A stretch of DNA of 64,000 nucleotides from Vulcanisaeta sp. AZ3 (GCA_000960865.2 JZWU02000003.1:1-64000); one strand, 5' to 3'. Shown: positions 29,506 to 40,179, counted from the first letter of the stretch. Notes: generated from the letters alone by a model not told the origin. A program made the numbers and translations.

Positions 29506-30531
29506 ATGACTGAACCGTGCATCTTCATAAGTAGGAGTAATCTACCTAGCATAATTTACTATGAACTGAATAAACTACCCGTTGAGATTAGGATGTGGAG
29601 AGAGACGGGGCCCATGTGGAGTAAGTCTGCATCACCTCCCAGGGAGGTTTGGATTGATGTCTTTAGAAACTGCGTGGGTGCCATCGTAACCCTTGGTGAC
29701 ATTATTGACAAGTCCCTAATTAATGAGACTGGTAAGTTAATAGCAATAAGTACATATAGTGTAGGTACAGACCACATAGATCTCAAGGCCGCTACGGAAA
29801 AGGGTATCTATGTAACTCACACACCTGAGGTTCTCGTTGACGCAGTTGCAGATCTAACAATGGGGCTCCTAATATCCCTGGCTAGAAAAATCGTACTGAG
29901 CGATGGGTTAGTTAGAGAGGGTAAGGTCTACGATAACTGGGGTTGGGTGTTGGGTAATGAGGTTCATGGAGCTACCCTAGGCATAATTGGGCTGGGAAAC
30001 ATTGGGACCGCAGTGGCTAGGAGAGCCTTGGCGTTTGATATGAGGGTTATTTATTGGTCTAGGACGAGGAAGCCCCAGGTTGAGTTTGCCCTGGGTATTG
30101 AGTATAGACCTCTCGAGGCATTATTGACCGAAGCCGATTACGTAGTGATTACTGTCGCAGCCACACCGGAGACTAGGCATTTAGTTAATGAGGAGAGACT
30201 TAAGTCTATGAAGAGAGGTTCGTACTTAATAAACGTGGCTCGTGGTGACGTGGTGGATACTCAGGCACTAATAAAAGCGTTGAAGGAGGGTTGGATAGCA
30301 GGTGCGGCCTTAGACGTGTACGAAGAGGAACCCCTACCGAGTACTCATGAACTTACGAAATTCGAAAACGTAATCTTAACACCACACATAGGCTCCGCCA
30401 CTGTACAAACTAGGAATGCTATGGCTGAGGTGGCTGTTAGAAACATGATAAATATCCTCATGGGCAAAAAACCACTTTACCTAGCCAACCCAGAGGTGCT
30501 TTCAATAAGACCTCTGGAACCAATTATTTAA
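29506..30531 (+). CDS. gyaR: Glyoxylate reductase / D-2-hydroxyacid dehydrogenase
   Basis: SVGTDHID, GIIGLGNIG, INVARG, LDVYEEEP, TPHIGSA. Confidence 0.85.
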   Translation: MTEPCIFISRSNLPSIIYYELNKLPVEIRMWRETGPMWSKSASPPREVWIDVFRNCVGAIVTLGDIIDKSLINETGKLIAISTYSVGTDHIDLKAATEKGIYVTHTPEVLVDAVADLTMGLLISLARKIVLSDGLVREGKVYDNWGWVLGNEVHGATLGIIGLGNIGTAVARRALAFDMRVIYWSRTRKPQVEFALGIEYRPLEALLTEADYVVITVAATPETRHLVNEERLKSMKRGSYLINVARGDVVDTQALIKALKEGWIAGAALDVYEEEPLPSTHELTKFENVILTPHIGSATVQTRNAMAEVAVRNMINILMGKKPLYLANPEVLSIRPLEPII

Positions 30532-30582
30532 GTGTCGATGAATAGTATTTATTAATGTTTTAACTATCATAATTAGAACTTA

Positions 30583-31179
30583 ATGGAGAACCTTAACATT
30601 GCGCCAAGATTAAGGAGCATTGTAAAAAATGAAAGGCCAAAACCAAACGATAATGAACATTCTTGGGCTGCCGTTGCCATAATCTTTAACCCATGCATAA
30701 ATGCAGTGCTAATTGGAAAAAGAACAAATAATCCAAACGACCCGTGGAGCGGTGATGCAGCCTTCCCCGGAGGTAGATATAAACCAAATAAGGACTTGGA
30801 CCTCGTTGATACAGCAATTAGGGAGGCTAGGGAGGAGGTTGGGCTCGACCTAACTAAGGATGCTGATTTATTGGGCGTCCTTGATCCAATATCTCCAAGC
30901 AATGCACCTGATATTAAAGTTCTACCCGTAATATTCATATTAAGGAAATGCGATCCGCCACTGATCATCAACAAGGCAGAGCTATCTAAAGTATTTTGGT
31001 TGTATATAAAGGATGCACCTAATTACGTCAAAACTAACACTAACATAAAGGGTACATTAAGACCTGCCATAATAATTGGTGATATAACAATATGGGGTAT
31101 GACGTATAGAATATTACGTAGAATACTCAAAAATGCCCTCAATATCGATTTACCAAAAGATCCCCGAGATATTGACTAA
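30583..31179 (+). CDS. Nudix hydrolase, CoA pyrophosphatase-like
   Basis: WSGD.AFPGG, Nudix box TAIREAREEVGL, IWGMT. Confidence 0.88.
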   Translation: MENLNIAPRLRSIVKNERPKPNDNEHSWAAVAIIFNPCINAVLIGKRTNNPNDPWSGDAAFPGGRYKPNKDLDLVDTAIREAREEVGLDLTKDADLLGVLDPISPSNAPDIKVLPVIFILRKCDPPLIINKAELSKVFWLYIKDAPNYVKTNTNIKGTLRPAIIIGDITIWGMTYRILRRILKNALNIDLPKDPRDID

Positions 31180-31430
31180 TCCTCAGTGATCCTTAAAACA
31201 CTGAATGCATATAATAATGGGTAGTATTGACTAATCAATCGTGCATAAGCCCTAGTATTAATGTTCAAAGTATTAGTTACTTGACATAGATTATCGTATC
31301 TTATTAATTGATATATAAGCTATATACTGGTTAAAATTAGTTCAACCATTATGTTCTATTCAAAATCAGTTATTGATCAAAATTTCTTTACAATGCACAT
31401 TTATTAAGATAATCAATACTATCCTCATTG

Positions 31431-32485
31431 ATGAAGGCAGTCACAGTAATACCACTTGTAAGAGACTCATTAAAGCTTCGAGATATGCCAAAGCCAAAGC
31501 CGAGGAATGGACAAGTACTGTTACAGCCCATTGAGGTCGGTGTTTGTGGTACTGATAAAGACATAATTGAGGGCAAATACGGAGCACCACCACCAGGTGA
31601 AGAATATTTGATTCTTGGTCATGAGTCTGTGGCTGTTGTTGGTGAGTTGGGTGATGGTGTTGATGGTGTTTCGCCTGGGGATATTGTAGTACCAACAGTA
31701 AGAAGACCAACTACTTGTACATTACCAATGACGGAACTAGACTATTGCCCCAAGGGGACTTATGCTGAACACGGCATTTGGTACCTACATGGTTTTGCTG
31801 CTGAGTATGCCGTAACAGACGCCAAATACCTAGTCAAAGTACCCAAAGAAACACAAGACATAGCCGTACTAACAGAACCACTATCAATAGTCGAGAAAGG
31901 CGTTAAGTTGGCCTTGGAACTTGGTAAAGCGAGGTTTAGATCTTGGAATCCCAAGAAAGTCCTGATAATGGGAGCTGGGCCTATAGGGATGCTATCGCTC
32001 ATGGTAATGAGGCTTCGCGGATTTACGGATATAACAGTAACAGCCACGAGGCCCTACGACAGCTACAAGGCTAAGCTTGTTAAGGAAATTGGCGCTACAT
32101 ACGTTAATACTCTCGTAGATCAATTAGGCGGTGATTTCGATATAGTAATTGAGGCTACGGGATCCACATCTGCTGCTTATGATGCATTGAGGCAATTGGG
32201 CGCCGATGGTGTTGCTGTGCTGCTTGGTATTTACCTTGATAATAAGGTTGTTAATGTGGCACCACTATTTGATGATTGGAGAAAAATAAATTAATCATTG
32301 GAGCAACGAATGCCAGTATAGACGCCTTTGAGGACGGCGTTAATGATCTAGTTAAGGCTAAGTTAGAGTTTGGTGGCTGGGTTAGGAAGTTAATAACGAG
32401 GGAGGTCCCACTTGATGAGTATGAATATGCCTATACCTGGGGGCATGATGATATAAAGTCTGTAATCCAAATAAGGAGCCTTTAA
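31431..32485 (+). pseudogene. gdh: Glucose 1-dehydrogenase (Zn-dependent MDR), split by a 1-nt frameshift near 32282-32286
   Basis: ORF 31428-32294 has GVCGTD, LGHES, VRRP, GAGPIG; the C-terminus NKLIIGATNA...DIKSVI continues in the -1 frame to 32485. Confidence 0.8.
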
Positions 32486-32498
32486 ATTAACAAGTTGA

Positions 32499-33845
32499 TT
32501 AATGAGATCCTAATATTATGGATCTCACAGAGTCCTCAACTTGCCTAAGAGTCTCCTCAATTACAGTATCACTATGTGCCGCACTCGTGAATATTGCCTC
32601 AAATTGGCTCGGTGCAATAAACACGCCGCGTCTAAGCAATTCCTCATGGAGGCTTATGTAGAGACTTGCGTTTGATTTGCTTGCGGTTTCGTGATCCACA
32701 ACCTCATTCTTTGTGAAAAAGACTTGAAGCATTGTTGGTACCCAGTTAATTACATGGTCAATGCCATGCCTACTTAATACGTCATCTAAGCCCTTAGCCA
32801 ATTTACGAGAGGCATTTATGGCTATTTCATACGCATTGGTTGTTTCTAAAACATCTATTGTTGCTAAACCAGCGATCATTGATATTGGGTGGCCGTTGAA
32901 GGTTCCGGCATTAAATACGGGACCCTTCGGTGATAATTTATCCATTATTTCGTCACGAGCACCCACAGCACCTATGGGGAAACCACCCCCTATTATCTTA
33001 CCCAACGTAGTTATATCTGCCTTAACACCATAATACCTCTGAGCCCCACCAAGCCCAAGCCTATAGCCTGTGACTACTTCATCAAGGATAAGTAATGCAC
33101 CATACCTATCAGCCACTTCCCTAAGCCCCTTTAAGAAACCCTCCTTTGGCGGTATTACTCCGTAATTAGCCATGACTGGTTCAACAATTATTGCAGCAAC
33201 ATCATTACCCTCCTCCCTCATTATCCTCTCAACACTATCTAAATCATTATACCTAGCCACTAAGGTTAACCTAGCCACCTCCTCAGGAATTCCCGCTGAT
33301 GATGGAGCACCAAAGTGAGCAGCAGCACTACCCGCCTTAACAAGCACTTGATCCACAGCACCGTGGTAACAACCCTCAAACTTCACAATCTTCCTACGCC
33401 CTGTATACCCACGGGCAAGCCTTATTGCCGTAGCCACAGCCTCACCACCACTATTCACAAACCTCACCTTCTTAATGCTTGGAAAGTGACTTACAATCTT
33501 CCTTGCAAGCCTCACCTCAAGCTCAGTGGGTGCTCCATATAGCCATCCCTTACTTACGTACTCCATTACTCCCCTAACCACAGCCTCAGGTGCATGGCCT
33601 AGTATTAGTGGCCCATAGCCTAGGACATAATCTATAAGCCTGACACCATCAACAGTTATTAGGTAGGGCCCTGTGCCCTCCCTCACGAAGAACGGATATG
33701 GCCTAATAGCAGCTCTCACTGGACTATTAACACCACTAACTAAAACATCCTGAGCCTCCTCGAACAACCTCCGCGATTTCTCCATTAAGTTCCAATGCAC
33801 GGCGTTATTCATTAAGTTTACCCACCATTCCACAGGGATGGTCAT
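32499..33845 (-). CDS. hemL: Glutamate-1-semialdehyde 2,1-aminomutase
   Basis: GVNSPVRA, EGCYHG, DEV.TG.R, LGKIIGGG.P, PSQFE; true start probably ATG 33812 or 33785. Confidence 0.95.
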   Translation of the reverse strand: MTIPVEWWVNLMNNAVHWNLMEKSRRLFEEAQDVLVSGVNSPVRAAIRPYPFFVREGTGPYLITVDGVRLIDYVLGYGPLILGHAPEAVVRGVMEYVSKGWLYGAPTELEVRLARKIVSHFPSIKKVRFVNSGGEAVATAIRLARGYTGRRKIVKFEGCYHGAVDQVLVKAGSAAAHFGAPSSAGIPEEVARLTLVARYNDLDSVERIMREEGNDVAAIIVEPVMANYGVIPPKEGFLKGLREVADRYGALLILDEVVTGYRLGLGGAQRYYGVKADITTLGKIIGGGFPIGAVGARDEIMDKLSPKGPVFNAGTFNGHPISMIAGLATIDVLETTNAYEIAINASRKLAKGLDDVLSRHGIDHVINWVPTMLQVFFTKNEVVDHETASKSNASLYISLHEELLRRGVFIAPSQFEAIFTSAAHSDTVIEETLRQVEDSVRSIILGSH

Positions 33846-33865
33846 ACATTAAAGCACTAGATTTT

Positions 33866-34432
33866 ATGGTTAATACGATGGTTGAGAGGACGTTGGTAAT
33901 AATAAAACCTGATGCCGTAAAGAGGGGGTTGATTGGGGAGATAATTAGTAGGTTTGAAAGAGTTGGACTTAGGATAGTAGCTATGAAAATGATCAGGCTG
34001 AGCAAGGAAGAAGCAGCTAAGTTTTACCCAAACGATGAGAGTTGGTTAAGATCCGTCGGCAGTAAATCCCTAAAATCCTACGCAGAGTTAGGTAAGGATC
34101 CTAAGGTTGATTTAGGCACTGATGACCCCGTAGAAATAGGCAAGATAATTAGGGGCTGGCTTGCTGATTACCTATCAATGGGGCCTGTAGTGGCCATGGT
34201 ACTTGAGGGTAATAGGGCTGTGGAGGTTGTTAGGAAAATTGTTGGCGCAACAACACCCTACTCAGCAAACCCAGGCACAATCAGAGGCGACTTCTCAACT
34301 GACAGCCCGGAACTAGCAAACCTAGAGAAAAGAGCATTATTCAACCTCGTCCATGCAAGCGATAGCCCCAAGGAAGCAGAAAGAGAAATTAGATTCTTCT
34401 TCCGTGAAGACGAGTTCGTTAACTACACCTAG
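33866..34432 (+). CDS. ndk: Nucleoside diphosphate kinase
   Basis: IKPDAV, PGTIRGD, NLVHASDS. Confidence 0.96.
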   Translation: MVNTMVERTLVIIKPDAVKRGLIGEIISRFERVGLRIVAMKMIRLSKEEAAKFYPNDESWLRSVGSKSLKSYAELGKDPKVDLGTDDPVEIGKIIRGWLADYLSMGPVVAMVLEGNRAVEVVRKIVGATTPYSANPGTIRGDFSTDSPELANLEKRALFNLVHASDSPKEAEREIRFFFREDEFVNYT

Positions 34433-34473
34433 AAGAGCGCCTTGAGTTAAAAAATTAAGCGCTAAAAAGACAT

Positions 34474-35652
34474 TCATACTTTTGTTAGGTAGTCCCTTAA
34501 TCTCCTCGCTGCCTCCTCATCATCACTTTCAATGAGTCTACGTATGTTCTCTAAGTAATTATGCATCATCTTCTTAACTAATGACCTACTCATGACCTCC
34601 ACGACCTCCTCAGGCTTTTGCCCATTCCTGAGGGCGTTGATAGCCTCATTAGCCTCCTCTCTCCTAATCTCCTCAACAAATTTCATGACATCCCTTACAA
34701 TTTCATCCGCATCACTACGTATTATTAACTTCATTATTCTCTCTGCCTCACTATCGATTTCACCAAGATTATCTAGTATGCGGCTCTTCCCATTAACGTA
34801 CTTAAGGTAAGGCTCCCTCAAGTCCTCTAGTCTAAAAACCTTAGTAATCGTTGGGGGGACCTTTATAGCGCTTGGTGTTGATACATCAATAATTAGGTTA
34901 GGAACCCTATACCGCCCATCACTAAACTCCAATATTGGCGCACTCACTGATATTGCAGCTACCAACACATCATACTCACTAACCATAACTTCCTGCCTCA
35001 AGGAATCAAGACTCAGCATCCTCACGGAACCTCCAAACTCATACCTCAACTTATCGAGGGTTCTATTAGCCACTGTAATATCACCATAACCACTCCTTAG
35101 CAACTCCCTAACCACACCCCTAGCAACCTCCCCGCCACCAATTACTAAAATCCTATCACCTCTATTGGTATTTCTCATTACGAAATCTGAGAGAAACTTT
35201 ATGAATGATATTTCCGTTAAATTATGCCTATGCCTAAAGCTCTCACCAAACCTAATGGCTGATTCAAAGAGTATTTTTAGCCTATTCGAGGGCCTTCCCA
35301 TGGAGTAGGCCCTCTTGACTTGAGACAATACTTCCCTCTCACCAAGAAACATCGAATCAAGACCAGCGGTGACCAATAATAGGTGCCTTACGGCATCCAA
35401 ATCCCTAAGCACCTTAGGCTCAACACCCGCCTTATCCTTAATGATACCTATTAACCTAGCCTCATCCTCATCACCATCTAAGTAAAACTCAATCCTATTG
35501 CAAGTCTCCAAGGCTACCATTGATTCATAAATTCCGTACAAATCCTCCAATTCATTGTTTGTGAAGTATGCCTTAGTCAATGTATCTAAATCGAAATCTC
35601 GATATGTCATCACCAATGCCTTAATCCTAGTCATTCTATAATCATTAGTCAC
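34474..35652 (-). CDS. hemA: Glutamyl-tRNA reductase
   Basis: ETCNRIE, GLDS..LGE.EV..QVK, GGGEVA, NRT. Confidence 0.92.
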   Translation of the reverse strand: MTNDYRMTRIKALVMTYRDFDLDTLTKAYFTNNELEDLYGIYESMVALETCNRIEFYLDGDEDEARLIGIIKDKAGVEPKVLRDLDAVRHLLLVTAGLDSMFLGEREVLSQVKRAYSMGRPSNRLKILFESAIRFGESFRHRHNLTEISFIKFLSDFVMRNTNRGDRILVIGGGEVARGVVRELLRSGYGDITVANRTLDKLRYEFGGSVRMLSLDSLRQEVMVSEYDVLVAAISVSAPILEFSDGRYRVPNLIIDVSTPSAIKVPPTITKVFRLEDLREPYLKYVNGKSRILDNLGEIDSEAERIMKLIIRSDADEIVRDVMKFVEEIRREEANEAINALRNGQKPEEVVEVMSRSLVKKMMHNYLENIRRLIESDDEEAARRLRDYLTKV

Positions 35653-35738
35653 GATTTGTAATTTAATTTAAGCATTGTTACCGGTGTTTACGTAAAATAA
35701 TACATAAACTTAATATGTAAGCTCTGCTCTCAATACCC

Positions 35739-36977
35739 GTGAACCTGAAAAATAATGTAGAGTCTGTACTTAGGCATATTGATGGTTTAAGAGATTTCGT
35801 AGTAAAATTATATAGAGATTTCATACCAATCAAAGCCTTAGCACCCGAGAATGGGGGTGATGGAGAATGGAATAGAGCTGAGTACTTCCTGAGCCTCGTT
35901 AGGCAGTACTTCGATGATGTTAGAATTATTGAGGCACCAGACCCACGGGTCACCAGAGGTTCTAGACCCAATATTGTTGCCTTAATCAAAGGCATAGATC
36001 CAACGAGGACCTACTGGGTCATTGCCCACCTAGACACAGTGCCTGAGGGAGATAAATCTCTTTGGAAGTATGATCCATACCAAGCAACGGTACTTGGAGA
36101 TGAGGTGTATGGTAGGGGTGTTGAGGATGATGGTCAAGGTCTGGTCATGGCCGTTAGTGTGGGTAAAGTACTTAGAGAATTAAGTGTGAAACCTCCCATT
36201 AATTATGGCATAATACTTGCGGCTGATGAGGAGGTTGGTAGTAAGTATGGTATTAGGTATATACTTGATAAAGAACCCTCATTAATCACAAGTAAGGACT
36301 TAGTCCTCGTCCCAGACGCTGGGAACTCTGAGGGTACCATGATTGAGATTGCTGAAAAAGGAATCCTCTGGATTAGGGTTACACTTTATGGTAGGCAGGC
36401 TCACGCGAGCTTGCCTGAGCATGGATTAAATGCCTATAGGCTTGGTGCCGAGCTAACCTTGGAAATAGATAGGAGGCTTCATGAGTTATTTAATTATGAA
36501 GATACTATGTTCGTACCACCCAGATCCACCTTCGAACCAACAAGGGTAGAAGCTAATGTAGGTAATATAAACACAATACCTGGCAAGCACACTTTCTACA
36601 TTGACTGCAGAATACTCCCTAAGTATAGCATTGACGATATACTAAAGGCAATTAAGGACACAGCAAATAACTATTGCGAGGCCCACGGATGTAAGGTTGA
36701 GATTGACGTAGTTAGTAGGGAAGACCCAGCACCACCAACAAACCCCGATAGTGAAATTGTTAAAAAACTATCCGATGCCATAAGACTTGTCAAGGGCCTT
36801 GAAGCAAAACCACTAGGTATTGGAGGCGGAACCTACGCACGTTACTTAAGACTCAGGAACATACCCGCTGCTGTCTGGATGACATCTCATGAAACCGCAC
36901 ATGCACCTGATGAGCATGTAAACATTAAGGACGTACTTAACGACATTAAAGTAGTACTCGCATCACTATTACTGTAA
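35739..36977 (+). CDS. M20 family metallohydrolase (DapE/ArgE-like)
   Basis: HLDTVP, GRGVEDD, DEEVGS, GRQAHAS, GGGT, AH.PDE. Confidence 0.9.
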   Translation: MNLKNNVESVLRHIDGLRDFVVKLYRDFIPIKALAPENGGDGEWNRAEYFLSLVRQYFDDVRIIEAPDPRVTRGSRPNIVALIKGIDPTRTYWVIAHLDTVPEGDKSLWKYDPYQATVLGDEVYGRGVEDDGQGLVMAVSVGKVLRELSVKPPINYGIILAADEEVGSKYGIRYILDKEPSLITSKDLVLVPDAGNSEGTMIEIAEKGILWIRVTLYGRQAHASLPEHGLNAYRLGAELTLEIDRRLHELFNYEDTMFVPPRSTFEPTRVEANVGNINTIPGKHTFYIDCRILPKYSIDDILKAIKDTANNYCEAHGCKVEIDVVSREDPAPPTNPDSEIVKKLSDAIRLVKGLEAKPLGIGGGTYARYLRLRNIPAAVWMTSHETAHAPDEHVNIKDVLNDIKVVLASLLL

Positions 36978-37039
36978 TTAATCGTACTGCCAACGGGCAG
37001 ATTAATTTTTGATTAAGTATTACTTATTCAATAACCTAA

Positions 37040-38008
37040 ATGAAGGTCTTAATTACACTTGAGCCCTACGCCAGGAAGGCCAACCCCTACAACATACTCT
37101 CGAAACTAAACTGCGGTAATGTGGTTGAGTGGGGTCGTAATAAGGCAATAATCGACCTAGCAAATTGCCCAGACAATGCCCTAGAGAGACTTAGGGATAT
37201 TGATTACGTATCCCACATATCAATCATAGACAAAGTAATCAATAGAGACCTCAACACATTATTTAACGTAACCAAGGAATTGCTGACAAGCATCATTAAT
37301 AACGGCACCCTTAAAGTAATCGTTAGGAGAATGGATAAGAAATTCCCAATGACAAGCGTAGAATTAAGCAAGAGGCTCGGGCAATACCTCGCTCAATATG
37401 CAAAGACTGACTTAGAGGATCCTGATTACTACATATACATTGAGGTTAGGGATAACTCATTCATAATAGCCCACTCGACAAGAGATTTATACAGGAAGAG
37501 AAGAGTCTCAATACCTAATACATGGGCCGAGAGAATAGTAGGTATCGTTGAGGGGCCCTCGACGGTTTACGAGACCATGGACCTAATACAATTAAGCCAT
37601 GCATTAGGTATTGAGCTGAGGTTAATAACAAATACAGCATTGATTGAGAGAGCATATAAGTCATTAAGGTTGGGCTATTTGCCTAACGTTAAGGTGGTAA
37701 GTAAAGATGATGCCTTAGAGGGTGTTGATTTATTAATAGTCCTCTCAATGCATGCAAAGTATAATGAAGAAAAACTAATTGAGATAAGTAAGGAGACCTT
37801 TAGAAAAAACCTAAGGATTGGCTTAATACTTGGTAATGAGTATGACGACGTAAGCCTAGACCTAAGGGGCAAAGCTCATTACGAAATCCGCCTTGGACCC
37901 TCCACTGGACATCCCATGAGGACAACTATAGCCTTAACCTATGCCTTAAGCTTAATATTCACAACCTGGCTAATGATGATAAATGAAACTTCCAGAGGTG
38001 GAGATTAA
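37040..38008 (+). CDS. THUMP + SPOUT fusion, predicted tRNA methyltransferase
   Basis: THUMP (V.VRR.DK.F...S.EL...LG; DLEDPD..I.IEV) plus SPOUT knot (LILGNE..DV; IRLG; MRT..A). Confidence 0.75.
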   Translation: MKVLITLEPYARKANPYNILSKLNCGNVVEWGRNKAIIDLANCPDNALERLRDIDYVSHISIIDKVINRDLNTLFNVTKELLTSIINNGTLKVIVRRMDKKFPMTSVELSKRLGQYLAQYAKTDLEDPDYYIYIEVRDNSFIIAHSTRDLYRKRRVSIPNTWAERIVGIVEGPSTVYETMDLIQLSHALGIELRLITNTALIERAYKSLRLGYLPNVKVVSKDDALEGVDLLIVLSMHAKYNEEKLIEISKETFRKNLRIGLILGNEYDDVSLDLRGKAHYEIRLGPSTGHPMRTTIALTYALSLIFTTWLMMINETSRGGD

Positions 38009-38516
38009 CCACGTGAGGTTTAGAGTTTTACCGAATAGGTATGCCATATTATTCATGATTTGGTACTCCAGCGGCTCCTCAATGCAGATTCACCGTTTAC
38101 CTTTAATGACGTATATATCCTCTCACATAATTAGGTATGAATATGAATTATCACCAATAATCAGCGAGGCATTAATTAATGATGTATCTAAACTAATTAA
38201 TGAGGGCTTCTTGGAGTTTTTAAGTGCTAATAATAGATTCATTGTTAAAGTTACTGAGGAGGGTAGACGAATTATTGGTGAAATGTACAGCATGAGTAAT
38301 GAGTACGTGGTCTTCGGCGACTACCTAATAATTAGGCTTAAAGACCTACTAAACGAGCTAATGCGGATAGTAAATGCATACCAAGACTTAAACACCCCCA
38401 CATTACTCTCAATAGCACTTAGGGAATTATCAATTAAAGAGAGAGACCTCATAAGTAAGGTACTTATGGACTTATCATTCAACTTAAGAAATCCATGCGA
38501 GAATAGGCTTGGTTAG
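37983..38516 (+). CDS. Hypothetical winged-helix protein
   Basis: S..L..DV..L...GFL ... VTEEG wing motif. Confidence 0.6.
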   Translation: MKLPEVEINHVRFRVLPNRYAILFMIWYSSGSSMQIHRLPLMTYISSHIIRYEYELSPIISEALINDVSKLINEGFLEFLSANNRFIVKVTEEGRRIIGEMYSMSNEYVVFGDYLIIRLKDLLNELMRIVNAYQDLNTPTLLSIALRELSIKERDLISKVLMDLSFNLRNPCENRLG

Positions 38517-38595
38517 CGATTAAATCCCTAGGACTTAAGGTTAGGGGCCTTTAGCTAGCATAATCTTTTTAATACCTAAGGTATATCAGGTCTTG

Positions 38596-39171
38596 ATGGC
38601 GAAGGGACTTTATCACTATTTAGCCGAAGCCTGGAGCAGCGCTAAGGATAACTGGATTTGGGATACTGTTATGAAGCAGCGGTTAATTAAATGGCGTAGA
38701 GAGCCCTCTATCGTTAGGGTTGAGAAGCCTACGAGGATTAATAAGGCAAGGCAATACGGCTATAAGGCTAAACAAGGCATAATAATTGTTAGAGTCAGGC
38801 TCATGAGAGGTCCCTTCAATAGAAGGAGACCAAATAGCGGTAGGAGACCCAAGAGAATGGGTGTTTACGGAATAACAACACATAAAAGCCTTCAATTAAT
38901 CGCAGAGGAAAGGGCTGCCAGGAAATACCCAAACATGGAGGTACTCGGCTCATACTGGGTCAGTGAGGATGGAACATACGTATGGTACGAAGTAATACTT
39001 GTCGACCCAAGCCACCCAGCCATAAGGAATGACCCAGACTTCACATGGTTAGTAGGTAAGGAGGATAAGGAGGGCCGTAAGAGACGTAGACTAAGGGAAA
39101 GGCAGAAGAAATTGATAGAGAGACTGAGGAAATCAGTCCAGCAGCAATCTGAACCTAAAACTCAACAGTAA
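38596..39171 (+). CDS. rpl15e: 50S ribosomal protein L15e
   Basis: WRRE...R.EKPTR...[27 protein letters not shown]. Confidence 0.97.
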   Translation: MAKGLYHYLAEAWSSAKDNWIWDTVMKQRLIKWRREPSIVRVEKPTRINKARQYGYKAKQGIIIVRVRLMRGPFNRRRPNSGRRPKRMGVYGITTHKSLQLIAEERAARKYPNMEVLGSYWVSEDGTYVWYEVILVDPSHPAIRNDPDFTWLVGKEDKEGRKRRRLRERQKKLIERLRKSVQQQSEPKTQQ

Positions 39172-39218
39172 ATAACCACTAACCCATATTTATTAGAGCA
39201 GCATGAGATGTTACCTAA

Positions 39219-39815
39219 ATGTTTATAGAATTTCACCTAGGCTCCACGGATAAGGCCTTGATCAGGTTATTGAAAAGACTTGGTTATGGATTAGCCCTGC
39301 TTACTATAGATGGCGGTAATGACATTGAGGAGATCCCCATCTTTAGGAAGTTAGTGATAACGCAAGGTAATACATGGAAGATTAAGATGCATGAAGGCTT
39401 TGATGTGATCTCCATAATTCCTTGGAATAGGTTTGTATTAAATAAATTCATAAGTAACGATAGGATTAACGTAATAACAATAAATGACATTAATAAGAAC
39501 ATATTGCCATCAAAACCCCAGGCCAAGATAATGGCCAGGGAGGGCAAGGCCCTAGAATTCATCCTCAATCCAATAATTAAACATGGTGAACGCGGACTCG
39601 CATTCCTAAGGGATGCAATTAATGAATACTCAACCATTGAGGGACTTAAGATAGTGATTTCCCAGGGAATAACGAGTGTAACTGACGTAAGAAACCCTAG
39701 GGACATTGTTGAGCTAGTAAGTATGTTGACGGGAGTAGACGCGAGACCCCTCGTCAGCGACAACCCCTATGAAGTACTTACCGATGCCATTTACCAAAGA
39801 GGTGTGTGTTTATGA
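39219..39815 (+). CDS. rnp3: RNase P protein Rpp30
   Basis: PHP-like fold with ALE and VISQG...DVRNPRD; position after L15e. Confidence 0.75.
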   Translation: MFIEFHLGSTDKALIRLLKRLGYGLALLTIDGGNDIEEIPIFRKLVITQGNTWKIKMHEGFDVISIIPWNRFVLNKFISNDRINVITINDINKNILPSKPQAKIMAREGKALEFILNPIIKHGERGLAFLRDAINEYSTIEGLKIVISQGITSVTDVRNPRDIVELVSMLTGVDARPLVSDNPYEVLTDAIYQRGVCL

Positions 39816-40129
39816 GGTACGTAATAATCGACATTTACCCCAGAAATGGTATTGATAGTATTACTTCAGAATTAAATAATTGGTTCAGATTATTTGCTGG
39901 AAGAGAAGCAATTGGTGCTGAGTTGAGGATTATTAAGGAATATAGAGATACTGGTCGTTTAGTCATTAAAGTTCCTAATAACCTCACTAAATACTTAAGG
40001 TCAGCAATCGTAATGGTTGGTAGGGATTCTGGAATATCCGTAATTACCGTTAAGGTCACTGGAACGATGAGGAAAGCCCTAGCCATATCATCCTCAGTAC
40101 CCTACCTATTCAATGAGTTTAGTGTTTAG
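39806..40129 (+). CDS. rnp2: RNase P protein Pop5
   Basis: RYV, LF.G, VTGTMRKA signature; follows Rpp30. Confidence 0.75.
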   Translation: MFMRYVIIDIYPRNGIDSITSELNNWFRLFAGREAIGAELRIIKEYRDTGRLVIKVPNNLTKYLRSAIVMVGRDSGISVITVKVTGTMRKALAISSSVPYLFNEFSV

Positions 40130-40179
40130 TCAGTTCGTCGTGAGATCTTCACCCCCTCCGTTTTGATACCCATCATCAC
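40130..40179 (-). ncRNA. Box C/D guide sRNA (predicted 23S domain V targets)
   Basis: Reverse complement GTGATGA-TGGGTATCAAAA-CGGA-GGGG-GTGAAGA-TCTCACGACGAA-CTGA; TATA-like TTTTTAAG (40201-08, minus strand) upstream. Confidence 0.85.
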
